A DNA stretch of 64,000 nt from Candidatus Micrarchaeota archaeon. GTDB taxonomy: Archaea; Micrarchaeota; Micrarchaeia; Micrarchaeales; Micrarchaeaceae. This document shows, in pieces, positions 35,706 through 45,660 of this stretch (positions within the stretch are counted from its first letter, which is position 1; each line of letters starts with the position of its first letter). A model generated the notes under the pieces. It ran no database searches and was not told the origin of the DNA. It saw only the letters and a list, made by a program, of their open reading frames with translations. Where the stretch lies: the NCBI GenBank assembly GCA_027317945.1, contig DAHVQB010000001.1:9348-73347 (forward strand). The letters run 5' to 3'. A program made the translations under genes and the position numbers.

Positions 35706-37725
35706 TCCCGCTTACTTACTCATCGCGATTATAGCAATAACAGCCCTGTCGGCCCAAGCAGGTGCAGCATACTGGTTCCAGAGCGGCGCCAGAGGCTCTG
35801 ACAAAGCGTATTATAACACCGGCGCCAGCGCACAGATAGAGACCATTGCCCCACAGAACCTGACTATAGGGTCATTTGGATTCTGGGTGGGGGAAACCAT
35901 ATCCAACAATGCGTTCATACAGGTTGGATATGTGATACCTAACCAGAGCGGCTATTATCCGACAAACTGCACTGTAGGCCCTAATGATACGGCTACCTGC
36001 GCCAAAGGCATTTACTTGTCCGAGGGAACGCCGTCGTGGTTTTGGGAGTACTTCCCAAGCAGCGGCAATAGGACCGCTTTCTACGGCGGTTATGGTCCTG
36101 CCGGTTCGGCAGGGAAGAATGGCACATTCAACACATACTCGTTCCAAGCCGACGGCAACACATGGAATGTTTACTTCAACCAGCAGCTCATAGGCAGCGT
36201 CGACCTCGGCGTGCCTGGGTCCGGGGGGAATGCGCCGGAAGCGATAGCGGAGTACGCGGACACCAACACAAACGCCACATTCATGAAGGAGGTGCAGTTC
36301 AAGAATGTGCAATTTAGGTCAGGCGGACAGTTCTTGCCCATGTCTGCGGGATACGCTTACATAAGTTACGGAAAGGGCAGCCAGACAGAACTGAAGAATC
36401 TTTATGGCGTGGCGGAGGTTGGGCAGTACGTCAACAACTTTAAGGTAGGATCAAACATCAACGTGCCTCCTGACTCAATGCAGCTATGGGGACTCGGATA
36501 TTATTTAAACGTCTCTTCCAGCGTGGCCAACACGAGCAGTTCGGGCAAATACGATGCATACTCAAACGTGCAGCTACGAATGCCGCGCATCGCCAATGTA
36601 TCGCCCGGGGTTAGGGAGGTCTTTGAAGGATGGAGAGGCAGTGGCTCCGGTTCATACACTGGCAATTCCACATCGATAACGGTAAGCATGTACAGCAACA
36701 TAAGTGAGACGGTGATATGGCAGAAGCAGTATATGCTCAACATCATCTCAGAATACGGGAGCGTGCTGAACGTGCCAGGCGGGACTTGGTACAACGCAGG
36801 GTCGGTTGCAAGATTCTCTGTGAACCAGACGGTCCTGCCCATAAGTTATGGTTCGCGCGCAATGTTTGAGGGATGGAGCACGAACGAGAGCTCTGCTAAT
36901 GGGATGACAGCGATTAATGGACCGACCAATGTTACCGCTTATTGGGTGACCCAGTACCTGGTTAATGCGACAAGCGTTTATGGTAATACGTTAGGATCTG
37001 GATGGTACAACGCCAACAGCCTGGCGGCCGTAAGCGTGGACACGCTGACAATACCGATAAACAACGAAAGCAGGATGGAATTCATAGGTTGGAGCAATGG
37101 AGACGGCGGTGCACTCTTGAATGTACTGGTAAGCGGCCCGGTGTTCATACACGCTAATTATGCGGAGCAATATCTTGTCAACTTCACTGCAACAGACGCC
37201 TATGGGAATGCCATAACGCCGGACTATGTGGTGGTATCGAACCAAGTGATATATGGCCCCTCATTCCTTTATGGAAATACGCAGTATGAGCTGCAGTATG
37301 CAGGGTTTGATGGCGCGCGGATGGGCGTAAACAGGACATTTAGCATAAGCGGGCCGATGTCCATAAACTCACAGTTGCCTGTTTACAAAGTCAATATAAC
37401 AACGGAGAGCTGGCTCGGGCAGCCCGTGAATGCCAGCATAAATCTGACGTTCTCAAATGGCACGGTGCTGAGATCGTACTTGGGCCCCACAGGCAACCGC
37501 CAGTTCGGCGAGGTGCCGTATGGCTCGATAAGCGGCAGCATGGAATACTTTTTTGTAACGGAGAAGGTTGATCTAAGGAACGGGGAGAACCTGAAGCTTA
37601 ATTTCATAACGCCCGGCGCCATAGGTGCAATAGTGGTAGCGCTCTTTGCGATAGGGCTCTCCATTAGGGCGTTGATCAAGATAGAGAAGGAGCATGAAAA
37701 TGAGGCGAGCACCAAGAAGAAGTGA
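35692..37725 (+). CDS. Secreted, C-terminally anchored surface protein with divergent InlB-B-repeat-like modules
   Basis: The signal-like N-terminus is MRGYNPAYLLIAIIAITALSAQAGA. F/W-G-W modules repeat (VFEGWRGSGSGSYTG, MFEGWSTNESSANG, MEFIGWSNGDGG). There are many sequons, and a C-terminal TM (GAIGAIVVALFAIGLSI) with a basic tail. Confidence 0.6.
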   Translation: MRGYNPAYLLIAIIAITALSAQAGAAYWFQSGARGSDKAYYNTGASAQIETIAPQNLTIGSFGFWVGETISNNAFIQVGYVIPNQSGYYPTNCTVGPNDTATCAKGIYLSEGTPSWFWEYFPSSGNRTAFYGGYGPAGSAGKNGTFNTYSFQADGNTWNVYFNQQLIGSVDLGVPGSGGNAPEAIAEYADTNTNATFMKEVQFKNVQFRSGGQFLPMSAGYAYISYGKGSQTELKNLYGVAEVGQYVNNFKVGSNINVPPDSMQLWGLGYYLNVSSSVANTSSSGKYDAYSNVQLRMPRIANVSPGVREVFEGWRGSGSGSYTGNSTSITVSMYSNISETVIWQKQYMLNIISEYGSVLNVPGGTWYNAGSVARFSVNQTVLPISYGSRAMFEGWSTNESSANGMTAINGPTNVTAYWVTQYLVNATSVYGNTLGSGWYNANSLAAVSVDTLTIPINNESRMEFIGWSNGDGGALLNVLVSGPVFIHANYAEQYLVNFTATDAYGNAITPDYVVVSNQVIYGPSFLYGNTQYELQYAGFDGARMGVNRTFSISGPMSINSQLPVYKVNITTESWLGQPVNASINLTFSNGTVLRSYLGPTGNRQFGEVPYGSISGSMEYFFVTEKVDLRNGENLKLNFITPGAIGAIVVALFAIGLSIRALIKIEKEHENEASTKKK

Positions 37726-40516
37726 TAACATAGATGCGTACAGTCTTTTCCTCGAAAAGTACAGGGAGTTCACCGAGATACAGAAAAAGGCCATCCCGAT
37801 AATAGAAGCAGGGAGCAATGCGATTATTATAGCCCCGACAGGGGCCGGCAAGACGGAGGCGGCGGTCCTGCCATTGCTTAAGCATATCTGCCAATCAGCC
37901 GATAAGGGGGACAGGCCAGCAGGCATATGCGTACTGTACATAACGCCGTTGAGGGCGCTCAACAGGGATATGATAGGCAGGCTTGAGAGTATGTGCAGGG
38001 CATTGGACATAAGCATAGCCGTAAGGCACGGAGACACAACGCAAAGCGAAAGAAGCAGGCAGGCCAGGAATGCGCCGCAGCTCCTGATAACCACGCCCGA
38101 AACGCTGCAGAGCATACTGCCGACAAAGTACTTGGGCATGGCATTGAAGAACCTGGGGGCGGTGGTGATCGACGAGATACATGAGCTTTATCATAACAAA
38201 AGGGGTGCCCAGCTCTCGCTTGCACTGGAAAGGCTGGAGCGCTTCTCTCCTGGCTTCCAGAGGATAGGTATAAGCGCAACCGTAAGCGACAGCGAAGTTA
38301 TAGGTCGTTTCCTATGCGGCAAACGCAGATGCGAAGCTGCAATCTCAGGTGCGCAGAAGAGCATGAGGATAATGGTCACTTTGCCGAAGCACCATGAGAT
38401 GAAGCTTGACTCGGTTGCTGACCGATTCGGTCTTGACAATGAAGCCCTAGCCAGGCTTGGAACCATTGCGGATTGCGTATCCAAATACAATTCCGTGCTC
38501 ATCTTCGCAAATACGAGGCAGATAGTAGAGGCCCTGGGCAGCAGGCTGCTTTACATCAATTCAGTGAGGGGCTTTGGAGGCATTGGGGTGCACCACAGCT
38601 CGCTCGACAGGGATGGCAGGATAGAAATAGAAGACTCGTTCAAGCGTGGCGAACTCAAGAGCATAATAGCAACCAGTTCGCTAGAGCTGGGCATAGACAT
38701 AGGCAAGATAGACATGGTGATCCAGTATGGATCCCCGAGGCAGGCTCTCAGGCTGGTGCAGAGGGTCGGGAGGAGTGGGCACTCCGAACGCAGGACGGCC
38801 GAAGGCATCGTAGTAAGCACCAGCATAATTGACGCGATAGAGGCGGTTTCAGTTTCCGCTAATGCGGTCTCCGGGAAACTTGAGGGATTCAATATACAGA
38901 AGAACGCACTTGATGTACTAGCGAACCAGATATGCGGAATCGCCCTTGATTGCGGATCTTTGGGCCTAGAATGCACGATGGACTCTGTTGCCAAATCGGT
39001 AAGGATGTCAAATGCCTATGAGACACTGGGCGATGAGGACCTGGAATCGCTGTTCAAGTTCATGGCGCAGCAGCACATGGTCAGGATTGACGGCAATATT
39101 ATAATTGGCAGTCCCAGGACCAGAATGTTTTATTACGACCATCTTAGCGTTATACAGGACACAAAGAGGTACATTGTCAGGAACATGCTGGACAACAGGA
39201 TAATATCGTCGCTGGACGACAAGTTCGTATCCGGATCAATAGATGAAGGCAGCGTATTCATAACGAAGGGTTTGCCATGGCGTGTTATCAGTATAGAAGA
39301 GGATACTGTCATGGTAGAACCGAGTGGCGATTTTGAGGCCGCGATACCGGACTGGAGCGGCGAGGACATACCAGTAAGCGGACTTGTCGCAGGCGGGGTG
39401 GCGAGCATAATAGACAGGCCTTCTGCCACCGCAGTGGCGGGAATCGCGGATCCGCAAACCGGGGCTGCAATTTCGGAGTTCGTCCACAAGCAGCAAAAGT
39501 ACTGGAGACCTGACGGCAATGTAGTGATAGAGCGCAGCGGAGATTACACCGCCATATATACGTGGCTGGGCACCTTGGCCAACGATGCGCTGTCAAAACT
39601 CATATCGCATCACGTGACCCTTAGGCTCGGGCACAGCATAAACATCAAGACGTCGCCGTACGTAATATTCATTGAACTTGGAGCAGAATCCAAAATCGAT
39701 TTGGAGCACATGCTTTCATCGCTCACGCCTGGGAACATAGAGCATGTACTGGCTACAGTAGCACAGGAGACGGAACTCTTCAGGTACAAATTTATTGCAG
39801 TGGCCAAGCTTTTCGGCGTAATCGACAGGGAAGCCATGGTCTCGAAGTCTTTGGTAAAAAGGATGATGAAGCTGCTCAAGGATTCCCCGATATATAAGGA
39901 GACAGAGAGAGAACTCATGAAGAATTACTTTGATATAGACGGACTCAGGGCGTTTCTTACCTCAATGGCGAGCGGAAAAATAGGTATCCGGCTGCTTGAC
40001 CTGCCGCGCATGTCAAACCTGACAGAAGCGATAATAAGCTCAGCGTATTACACGAAGGAGTTGGTACTGCCACTAACGCCTGACAGCGAGATAATAAAAT
40101 CTTTTGCCGGATCCATACTCTCCAAGAGCATAAAACTGCAGTGCACATATTGCGGTTTCTCCTTTAGCAGGAATGTTGCGGACATAAAGGATTACACGAA
40201 GATTGCCTGCCCTTCATGCAAAAGCCCTATGATAACAGGGTACGACGAGGCTTATGATGCGATCATAAAGAAGCGGGCTGCTGGGAAGAGGCTCACTGCA
40301 GGGGAAAGCGCTGTGCTCCGCGATGCGCTGAAGGAGGCGAGCTTATTTGAATCGTATGGAGGCAAGGCAGCGGTTGCACTGTCTACATACGGTGTCGGGG
40401 TGAAGGGGGCCGCACGCGCGCTTATGATGCTGAGGAGGGATGAAAGGCTCTTTTACATAGACCTTCTTGAACTGCAACGCAATTTCATACGCACAAAGAA
40501 ATATTGGGCAGTGTGA
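37694..40516 (+). CDS. lhr: Lhr-family DEAD/DEAH-box helicase (large helicase-related)
   Basis: Motifs are APTGAGKTEAA, DEIHEL, SATV and HHSSLDRDGRIEIEDSFKRGELKSIIATSSLELGIDIG. There is a long Lhr-type C-terminal region with a Zn ribbon (CTYCG...CPSCKSP). Confidence 0.85.
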   Translation: MKMRRAPRRSDNIDAYSLFLEKYREFTEIQKKAIPIIEAGSNAIIIAPTGAGKTEAAVLPLLKHICQSADKGDRPAGICVLYITPLRALNRDMIGRLESMCRALDISIAVRHGDTTQSERSRQARNAPQLLITTPETLQSILPTKYLGMALKNLGAVVIDEIHELYHNKRGAQLSLALERLERFSPGFQRIGISATVSDSEVIGRFLCGKRRCEAAISGAQKSMRIMVTLPKHHEMKLDSVADRFGLDNEALARLGTIADCVSKYNSVLIFANTRQIVEALGSRLLYINSVRGFGGIGVHHSSLDRDGRIEIEDSFKRGELKSIIATSSLELGIDIGKIDMVIQYGSPRQALRLVQRVGRSGHSERRTAEGIVVSTSIIDAIEAVSVSANAVSGKLEGFNIQKNALDVLANQICGIALDCGSLGLECTMDSVAKSVRMSNAYETLGDEDLESLFKFMAQQHMVRIDGNIIIGSPRTRMFYYDHLSVIQDTKRYIVRNMLDNRIISSLDDKFVSGSIDEGSVFITKGLPWRVISIEEDTVMVEPSGDFEAAIPDWSGEDIPVSGLVAGGVASIIDRPSATAVAGIADPQTGAAISEFVHKQQKYWRPDGNVVIERSGDYTAIYTWLGTLANDALSKLISHHVTLRLGHSINIKTSPYVIFIELGAESKIDLEHMLSSLTPGNIEHVLATVAQETELFRYKFIAVAKLFGVIDREAMVSKSLVKRMMKLLKDSPIYKETERELMKNYFDIDGLRAFLTSMASGKIGIRLLDLPRMSNLTEAIISSAYYTKELVLPLTPDSEIIKSFAGSILSKSIKLQCTYCGFSFSRNVADIKDYTKIACPSCKSPMITGYDEAYDAIIKKRAAGKRLTAGESAVLRDALKEASLFESYGGKAAVALSTYGVGVKGAARALMMLRRDERLFYIDLLELQRNFIRTKKYWAV

Positions 40517-40605
40517 TCGATTCGGGATAAACTTTTGGCATGCGTCGTAAACTATTTATATCTACTTCACCATCTATCTGCAACTCAATTTTTATCAGTG
40601 TTTTG

Positions 40606-40806
40606 ATGTATGTATCTAGCGCAGTCGTAAGGAAGATTCTCAAGGAAGCCGGTGCAGAGCGGATAAGCAACGAAGCAGTTGCGGAGCTGCAGAAGTATAC
40701 GAATAAACTGGCTTTTGAGACTGCCGCCAAGGCCGTGAAGCTTTCAAAACACGCCAAAAGGAAGACTGTGGGAGCATCTGATGTCAAACTGGCCATGCGG
40801 GAATGA
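40606..40806 (+). CDS. Archaeal histone (HMf-like histone fold)
   Basis: 66 aa: MYVSSAVVRKILKEAGAERISNEAVAELQKYTNKLAFETAAKAVKLSKHAKRKTVGASDVKLAMRE. This is a canonical histone-fold pattern. Confidence 0.85.
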   Translation: MYVSSAVVRKILKEAGAERISNEAVAELQKYTNKLAFETAAKAVKLSKHAKRKTVGASDVKLAMRE

Positions 40807-40822
40807 GATCCCGGTTGGTCGG

Positions 40823-41107
40823 CTATACTGGCACTCCGAGTAGCTTCAATATTATTATGGTGCCGACTCCTGGCAAGCCAAATATTGCAGTAGGTATTAG
40901 CGTTGTAACTCCTACGTTTATTCCCATGTTGAATAGGTAGTTAAGCAGCAACATCGCGATTACGCCTGCTATGCTGTTTACTATTATGCCGACAACTAGC
41001 TTGAGTACCATGCTGCTAAGCTTGAATACTATGAAAAGAACGGCAGCTATGAGCGCTACCACTATAACTTCGCCTAAAATCCCGCCGGCCAGAATATCCA
41101 ACATCAT
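40823..41107 (-). CDS. BofA-like small membrane protein
   Basis: 94 aa with three hydrophobic helices. The pattern NSIAGVIAMLLLNYLFN...IFGLPGVGTIIILKLLG resembles the BofA family. Confidence 0.5.
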   Translation of the reverse strand: MMLDILAGGILGEVIVVALIAAVLFIVFKLSSMVLKLVVGIIVNSIAGVIAMLLLNYLFNMGINVGVTTLIPTAIFGLPGVGTIIILKLLGVPV

Positions 41108-41131
41108 GAAATCACTCTTAATCTTAAGCTC

Positions 41132-41143
41132 TAAATATTTAAT
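41132..41143 (+). promoter_or_regulatory. TATA-box-like element upstream of RNase P RNA
   Basis: TAAATATTTAAT is centred about 23 nt upstream of 41160. Confidence 0.35.
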
Positions 41144-41159
41144 AGCCTTATGAATAAGA

Positions 41160-41389
41160 GGTGGCAGGTGGGCAGCCTACCGAAAGGAGGAAGCTCCCCT
41201 CATACAGAGTGCGAAGGGTTCAAGGCCCTATTCGGAACAGAAACGACACCAGAACGGCACATGTGCGATGACGCGACGAGCGTGCCGCAATGGATTAAAC
41301 GCGCCGATGCAAGCACGATGAGTATGCAAGGCTTTAAGCCGCTCAGTCTAATGCTGCCTAAAACAGAAAGGGGGCTACGGCCTGCCACT
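41160..41389 (+). ncRNA. rnpB: RNase P RNA (reduced, about 230 nt)
   Basis: The closing helix is GGUGGCAGG (41160-41168) / CCUGCCACU (41381-41389). It has a CR-I-like GGAGGAAGCUCCCC and a CR-V-like AAAACAGAAAGGGGGCUA. P4 pairs AGC-U-CCCC with GGGGGCU, leaving the universally conserved bulged U. The overlapping ORFs on both strands look non-coding. Confidence 0.8.
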
Positions 41390-41390
41390 A

Positions 41391-42020
41391 TTATTGCTTA
41401 ACGTAGGCCATGGCCTTTGTGAGGACTTGCTGCGGCACCTTTGGCAGTCCGGTTGCAAGAACCCTATATGATTTGGATTCATAACCAAAGAAGTTCATAG
41501 ATGCGAATGGAGCCACCAGTGCGTATACGCTAAGCTCGTCCGCATTTATCCCGAACGACTCGACCGCTAGGGCAGCTATAGGATCCACATGGCTCACGCC
41601 AACTATGACACCATTCTCTTTTGAAACGTCGGAAGCGAAAGAAGCGACACGCTTCTTTATTGATTCCCAATTTTCGACGCTCTTCGCCTCCTCTTCCGAC
41701 ATGTTGAAGCGCCAGGCTCCGAGAAGGGCGGGCTTCCCCTCAATCAGGCCCCATCCGCGCTCCTTCAGCCGCTTGTCGAGCACTATGTCCATCCCTAACT
41801 CTTTGGCAAGTATGCCTGCCGTTTGCTTTGCCCTGTACGTAGTGCTTGAGTATATCTTGGATACCTTGAAATTGCGCTTCAACTCCTTTGCAGTGGCTTC
41901 GGCCTGGGAGACGCCCAGCTCGGTCAGCGGATATTTGTCCTCCGAATCGCTGAGGAAGCTTTCCTTATTTGTCATGCTCTGGCCATGCCTTATCAGTATT
42001 AGTAACGTCACATACATCAT
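41391..42020 (-). CDS. Histidine phosphatase superfamily (phosphoglycerate-mutase-like) protein
   Basis: LILIRHGQSMTNKE is the RHG motif, and the second catalytic His is in VGVSHVDPI. Confidence 0.75.
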   Translation of the reverse strand: MMYVTLLILIRHGQSMTNKESFLSDSEDKYPLTELGVSQAEATAKELKRNFKVSKIYSSTTYRAKQTAGILAKELGMDIVLDKRLKERGWGLIEGKPALLGAWRFNMSEEEAKSVENWESIKKRVASFASDVSKENGVIVGVSHVDPIAALAVESFGINADELSVYALVAPFASMNFFGYESKSYRVLATGLPKVPQQVLTKAMAYVKQ

Positions 42021-42025
42021 CTCGT

Positions 42026-43720
42026 TTATTCTAGCAGTGAAGCGCTCCTGCTTGCTATCTGGCTGTTCACCAGCGTCAGGAAGTCGTCCAGTTTGACATC
42101 GTGCTTCTGCTTACCGGACCTATCCCTTATGGTGAGAGTGTTCGCCTCAACCTCCTTCTTGCCTATTACGACCATGTACGGCGCTTTCTGCAGCTGTGCA
42201 TCCCGTATCTTGTACTCCAGGGTGCGATCGCTGATATCCAGGTCAACGCGAAGCTTCATTGCCTTTAGTTTGCTGTAGACGCTCTTCGCATAATCATTCG
42301 CCTGCTCTGATATTGATATTATTACTGCATGGGTTGGCGACAGCCATATTGGAAGCTTGCCCTGATAGTGCTCTATCATCACTCCTATGAAACGCTCAAG
42401 GCTGCCAAGTACGGCCCTGTGTATTATCACAGGCATGTGCTCCCTCCCGTCCTCACCTATGTATGAGAGCCCGAACTTTAGCGGCATCTGATAGTCCAAT
42501 TGTATCGTGGCGCATTGCCATGACCTGCCCTGCGAGTCGAATATGTCGAAGTCTATTTTGGGGGCGTAGAAGGACCCCTCCTTCTCCTTGATGTCATACT
42601 TCATGCCGTGTGATTCCAGCGCGTTCCTCAATTGCAGCGTGGCCTTCTCCCAGATCGCGTCTTCGCCCGCGTGATCGTCGGGCATCGTGGAGAGCTTAGC
42701 TGCGAAGCTAAGGCCGAAAGTGCCATACACTTCCTTTATCATGCGAAGAATTGAATCCAACTCCTGGCTTATCTGGTCCTCCCTCAAGAATATGTGGCCG
42801 TCGTCTTGGGTAAGCTCCTTCACCCTGAAAAGGCCGGTGGCGACACCACTGAGCTCGCTCCTGTATACCTTATCGAATATCGCAGTGCGGAATGGAAGCT
42901 CCCTGTAGCTCCACTTTCTGGACTTGTATACCAGTATCGTAGAGGGGCAGTTCATGGGCTTCAATCCTACCTCGCCGAACTGGGACTCGAATGCGAACAT
43001 GTTGTCTTTGTAATGCTCGTCATGACCGCTCATGTGCCAGAGCGCGACGTTGGCCAAGCTAGGCGTGCTTATCTCTTCGAAATCATACTGCGCCTCCTTT
43101 TCCCTGATGAACTCCACCAGTTGCTTATAGATTGTATAGCCTCTGGGGTGCCAGTACACCATGGCTGGGGAGACGGCTTGGAAACTGAAGAGATTCAGTT
43201 TCTCGCCTATGGTCCTATGATCACTTTCCGGCAGCCCCGACCAGTCGCTCTTTGTGACTATGGAAGTGTCGACCTTTTGGTGCGCGGGCTTGCTTTGCGA
43301 TTTGGATGCCGGAGCGGCACCGTATGACCGTGACAGCTCTGCAAGCGGATGGCCCTTTATGTTTACGCTTAGCTTCTTGTTCCACCCGAACGGAGCCTTT
43401 GTGGAAGAAACCTTGGCTGCGGCCTTCTCCTGCATTAGGGCGATAATTCGCATGGCCTCCTTTGGTTCGCAGAGGTTGTTGCTTAAGTGCGCGAAAGGAT
43501 ACACGACAAGCCTCTCTTTCTTGTTCTTCTCCATGAATGCCATGACATCCTTTATCGCCTGCTCCGCGGTGGAATCCGTATCCCCGCTCTCAACGCTGAC
43601 CAGAAGCGCGACGGCATCATCAACTGAAATCTTCTTTTCATCGCTCTGCTCGTAGACCTTTGCTTCTGGCTTTATGAGTTCGTACGTTATATTATCAACG
43701 TCAAGCTGCAAAATCTTCAT
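42026..43720 (-). CDS. thrS: Threonyl-tRNA synthetase with archaeal-type N-terminal editing domain
   Basis: The class II core is YWHPRGYTIYKQLVEFIRE...ISTPSLANVALWHMSGHDEHYKDNMF, with FRVKELTQDDGHIF and a C-terminal anticodon-binding domain. The N-terminal 140 aa or so resemble the archaeal editing module. Confidence 0.9.
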   Translation of the reverse strand: MKILQLDVDNITYELIKPEAKVYEQSDEKKISVDDAVALLVSVESGDTDSTAEQAIKDVMAFMEKNKKERLVVYPFAHLSNNLCEPKEAMRIIALMQEKAAAKVSSTKAPFGWNKKLSVNIKGHPLAELSRSYGAAPASKSQSKPAHQKVDTSIVTKSDWSGLPESDHRTIGEKLNLFSFQAVSPAMVYWHPRGYTIYKQLVEFIREKEAQYDFEEISTPSLANVALWHMSGHDEHYKDNMFAFESQFGEVGLKPMNCPSTILVYKSRKWSYRELPFRTAIFDKVYRSELSGVATGLFRVKELTQDDGHIFLREDQISQELDSILRMIKEVYGTFGLSFAAKLSTMPDDHAGEDAIWEKATLQLRNALESHGMKYDIKEKEGSFYAPKIDFDIFDSQGRSWQCATIQLDYQMPLKFGLSYIGEDGREHMPVIIHRAVLGSLERFIGVMIEHYQGKLPIWLSPTHAVIISISEQANDYAKSVYSKLKAMKLRVDLDISDRTLEYKIRDAQLQKAPYMVVIGKKEVEANTLTIRDRSGKQKHDVKLDDFLTLVNSQIASRSASLLE

Positions 43721-43918
43721 TACATCAACTACGAGAATAAATGGGCATAATCAAGGATTTATAGGTTGTGTCTGCTTTGCGTGGAATTAGGATGTATACA
43801 TAATAGTAGAGGCATAAACCTGCAAACGCTTATATAGATTGGTGTGAAAAACTTTCTTGGATATTCTGAAGGTGTATTTTTGGGAAGCATCCCACGAAAG
43901 TGGAAGAAAAACGGAAGA

Positions 43919-43993
43919 ATGCGCTGGAAATGGAAGAAAAAGCGGCGCAAAAGGCTAAAGAGGGCGCAGAAGAGGAGAGTCGGAGAACTCTGA
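43919..43993 (+). CDS. rpl41e: 50S ribosomal protein L41e (24 aa)
   Basis: I translated this by hand: MRWKWKKKRRKRLKRAQKRRVGEL. It matches the eL41 pattern (KWKKKR.RRLKRKRRK). A TATA-like CTTATATAGA lies upstream. The annotated-size ORF on the minus strand is its antisense artefact. Confidence 0.6.
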   Translation: MRWKWKKKRRKRLKRAQKRRVGEL

Positions 43994-44102
43994 TTTTGCC
44001 TATCTGCTCTTTTGCTTGAATGATATTCTAGGTCAGTGGTAGCGGCTGCGCTAAATCTTTCCTTGAGTTTATAGGAAGTATCTTGAGCGCCGAATACTGC
44101 AG

Positions 44103-45578
44103 CTACTTTGCTATCTTGTTCAGTATCGGATATGCATCGTATATGCGTTCCTGCTCCAGTTGCTGGTATACCATGTAGATTATACCGACTGTAAGCAGTA
44201 TGCCCATACCAGAGCCAACTGCGCCTGTCAGCGTGGCCAATGCGGCCAGAAGTCCGACGAATATGCTGCCAAGAACGGTTATGGTGGGAATGTATTTGTT
44301 AAGAACGCTTTCCACTATTCTTGGATCGCGCCTGAATCCGGGTATCTGCCATCCCATTTCAGCAAGTTGCTGTGCCATATTCTTAGGGCTCTGGCCTGTC
44401 ATCTCTATCCAGAACTTGCCGAATATCACGCAAAGGACGACCAGTACCAGCGTGTATATTATTACGTGGATCCATTCTGGCACTAAAACAAAGCCGCCCC
44501 ACGGCAACACCAACTTTGCAGTGTTGGTTGTCAGGAGATAGTTGAAGTAAGCGGCATAACCTCCAACGCCGCCGTAATTTGACGAATACGGCAGCGGAAA
44601 AGACGGTGATATTAAGTACGCCAAACCGCCCGTGAGCTGAAGCGAGGTGCCGCCACCAGCGGTGCTGCTGACTGGACTGTATAGCGCTATGAACTTCGCT
44701 ATATTGCCGAAGGAACCGCTAATACCGTTCAGGAACCTCAGCCACACCGTAAGGCTCAGCTCTAGCGAGGACGCCAATATGACAGGAAGCACGCTAACGT
44801 AAAGGAATGGTATCGGAAGCCTTCCGCCTATGCCCCTGAGCTGCTCAAATGCGAGCGGAAGCTCCACCTTGGTTTCATAAGCGTAGATGCTGATCAGGAA
44901 CACGAGTACGGCGAAGAACAGCGGGCCGAATGCCAACAAGGCATTGGAAAATGAAGCTGTAGTACCTGCAGCTATCGCAGCCGCAGCTTCGGGCAGTATT
45001 ATGCCTGCCGTGCCTGCTACTATAGCGTATGATACGCCGCTCGCGATGAATAGGTTTATTCCGGACGTTATCCCGTACTTCGTCATCATTTCGTCCATTA
45101 TTATTATTATCAACGCACCGGCTATCAATTGCAGCATCACCACTATGGCGTACGAGGGCGAAGTGACGGCTACGTACTGCGTAGAGACGTATATCACGGC
45201 TTCTATTACCGCTATCACTATGGCCGCAAGCTTCTGCAGCGTCTGGAAGCGGGCCTTCTGCGCCGGGTCGTTCATGTCTACCTTTATTAGGTCGGAACCT
45301 GCAAGCAACTGGAGCACTATGCTGGACAGCACTATGGGACTTATGCCCACTGTTATTAGACTGCCGATCCTCGCTGCGAATATTATGCTTATGAGCTGTT
45401 CAAGCGGCTGCGTTATCTGGGCCGGGCTCACCCCTATTGCATATGTGTTGTAAAGCAGGAAATATACGGCCAGTATGCTTACGGTCCATACCATCTTCTC
45501 CCTTAGCGACAGCGGCTTCGCTGGAGACCTTATCGATGGGAGGAATTTGGACACAGTGTCCATTATTTCTAGTACCAT
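44103..45578 (-). CDS. secY: Preprotein translocase subunit SecY
   Basis: 491 aa with a 10-TM layout. The N-terminus FLPSIRSPAKPLSLREKMVWT is typical of archaeal SecY/Sec61alpha. Confidence 0.9.
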   Translation of the reverse strand: MVLEIMDTVSKFLPSIRSPAKPLSLREKMVWTVSILAVYFLLYNTYAIGVSPAQITQPLEQLISIIFAARIGSLITVGISPIVLSSIVLQLLAGSDLIKVDMNDPAQKARFQTLQKLAAIVIAVIEAVIYVSTQYVAVTSPSYAIVVMLQLIAGALIIIIMDEMMTKYGITSGINLFIASGVSYAIVAGTAGIILPEAAAAIAAGTTASFSNALLAFGPLFFAVLVFLISIYAYETKVELPLAFEQLRGIGGRLPIPFLYVSVLPVILASSLELSLTVWLRFLNGISGSFGNIAKFIALYSPVSSTAGGGTSLQLTGGLAYLISPSFPLPYSSNYGGVGGYAAYFNYLLTTNTAKLVLPWGGFVLVPEWIHVIIYTLVLVVLCVIFGKFWIEMTGQSPKNMAQQLAEMGWQIPGFRRDPRIVESVLNKYIPTITVLGSIFVGLLAALATLTGAVGSGMGILLTVGIIYMVYQQLEQERIYDAYPILNKIAK

Positions 45579-45660
45579 CTAAGCAGCACCCGAATAGACA
45601 GAGATACGTTTTGAAGTTAACATTAATATCTTTTGTGGAAGGATAGCGGAATAATGCGCG

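Noticed and set aside
41150-41401. 83-aa plus-strand ORF and 62-aa minus-strand ORF (41200-41388)
   Set aside because: Both lie entirely within the RNase P RNA locus, which has a terminal helix, CR-I/CR-V motifs and a P4 bulged U. Their composition is not protein-like.
43759-43950. 63-aa minus-strand ORF (MRRFFFHFQRILPFFFHF...)
   Set aside because: It is the antisense of the Lys/Arg-rich L41e coding sequence, so its Phe-rich low-complexity translation is an artefact.
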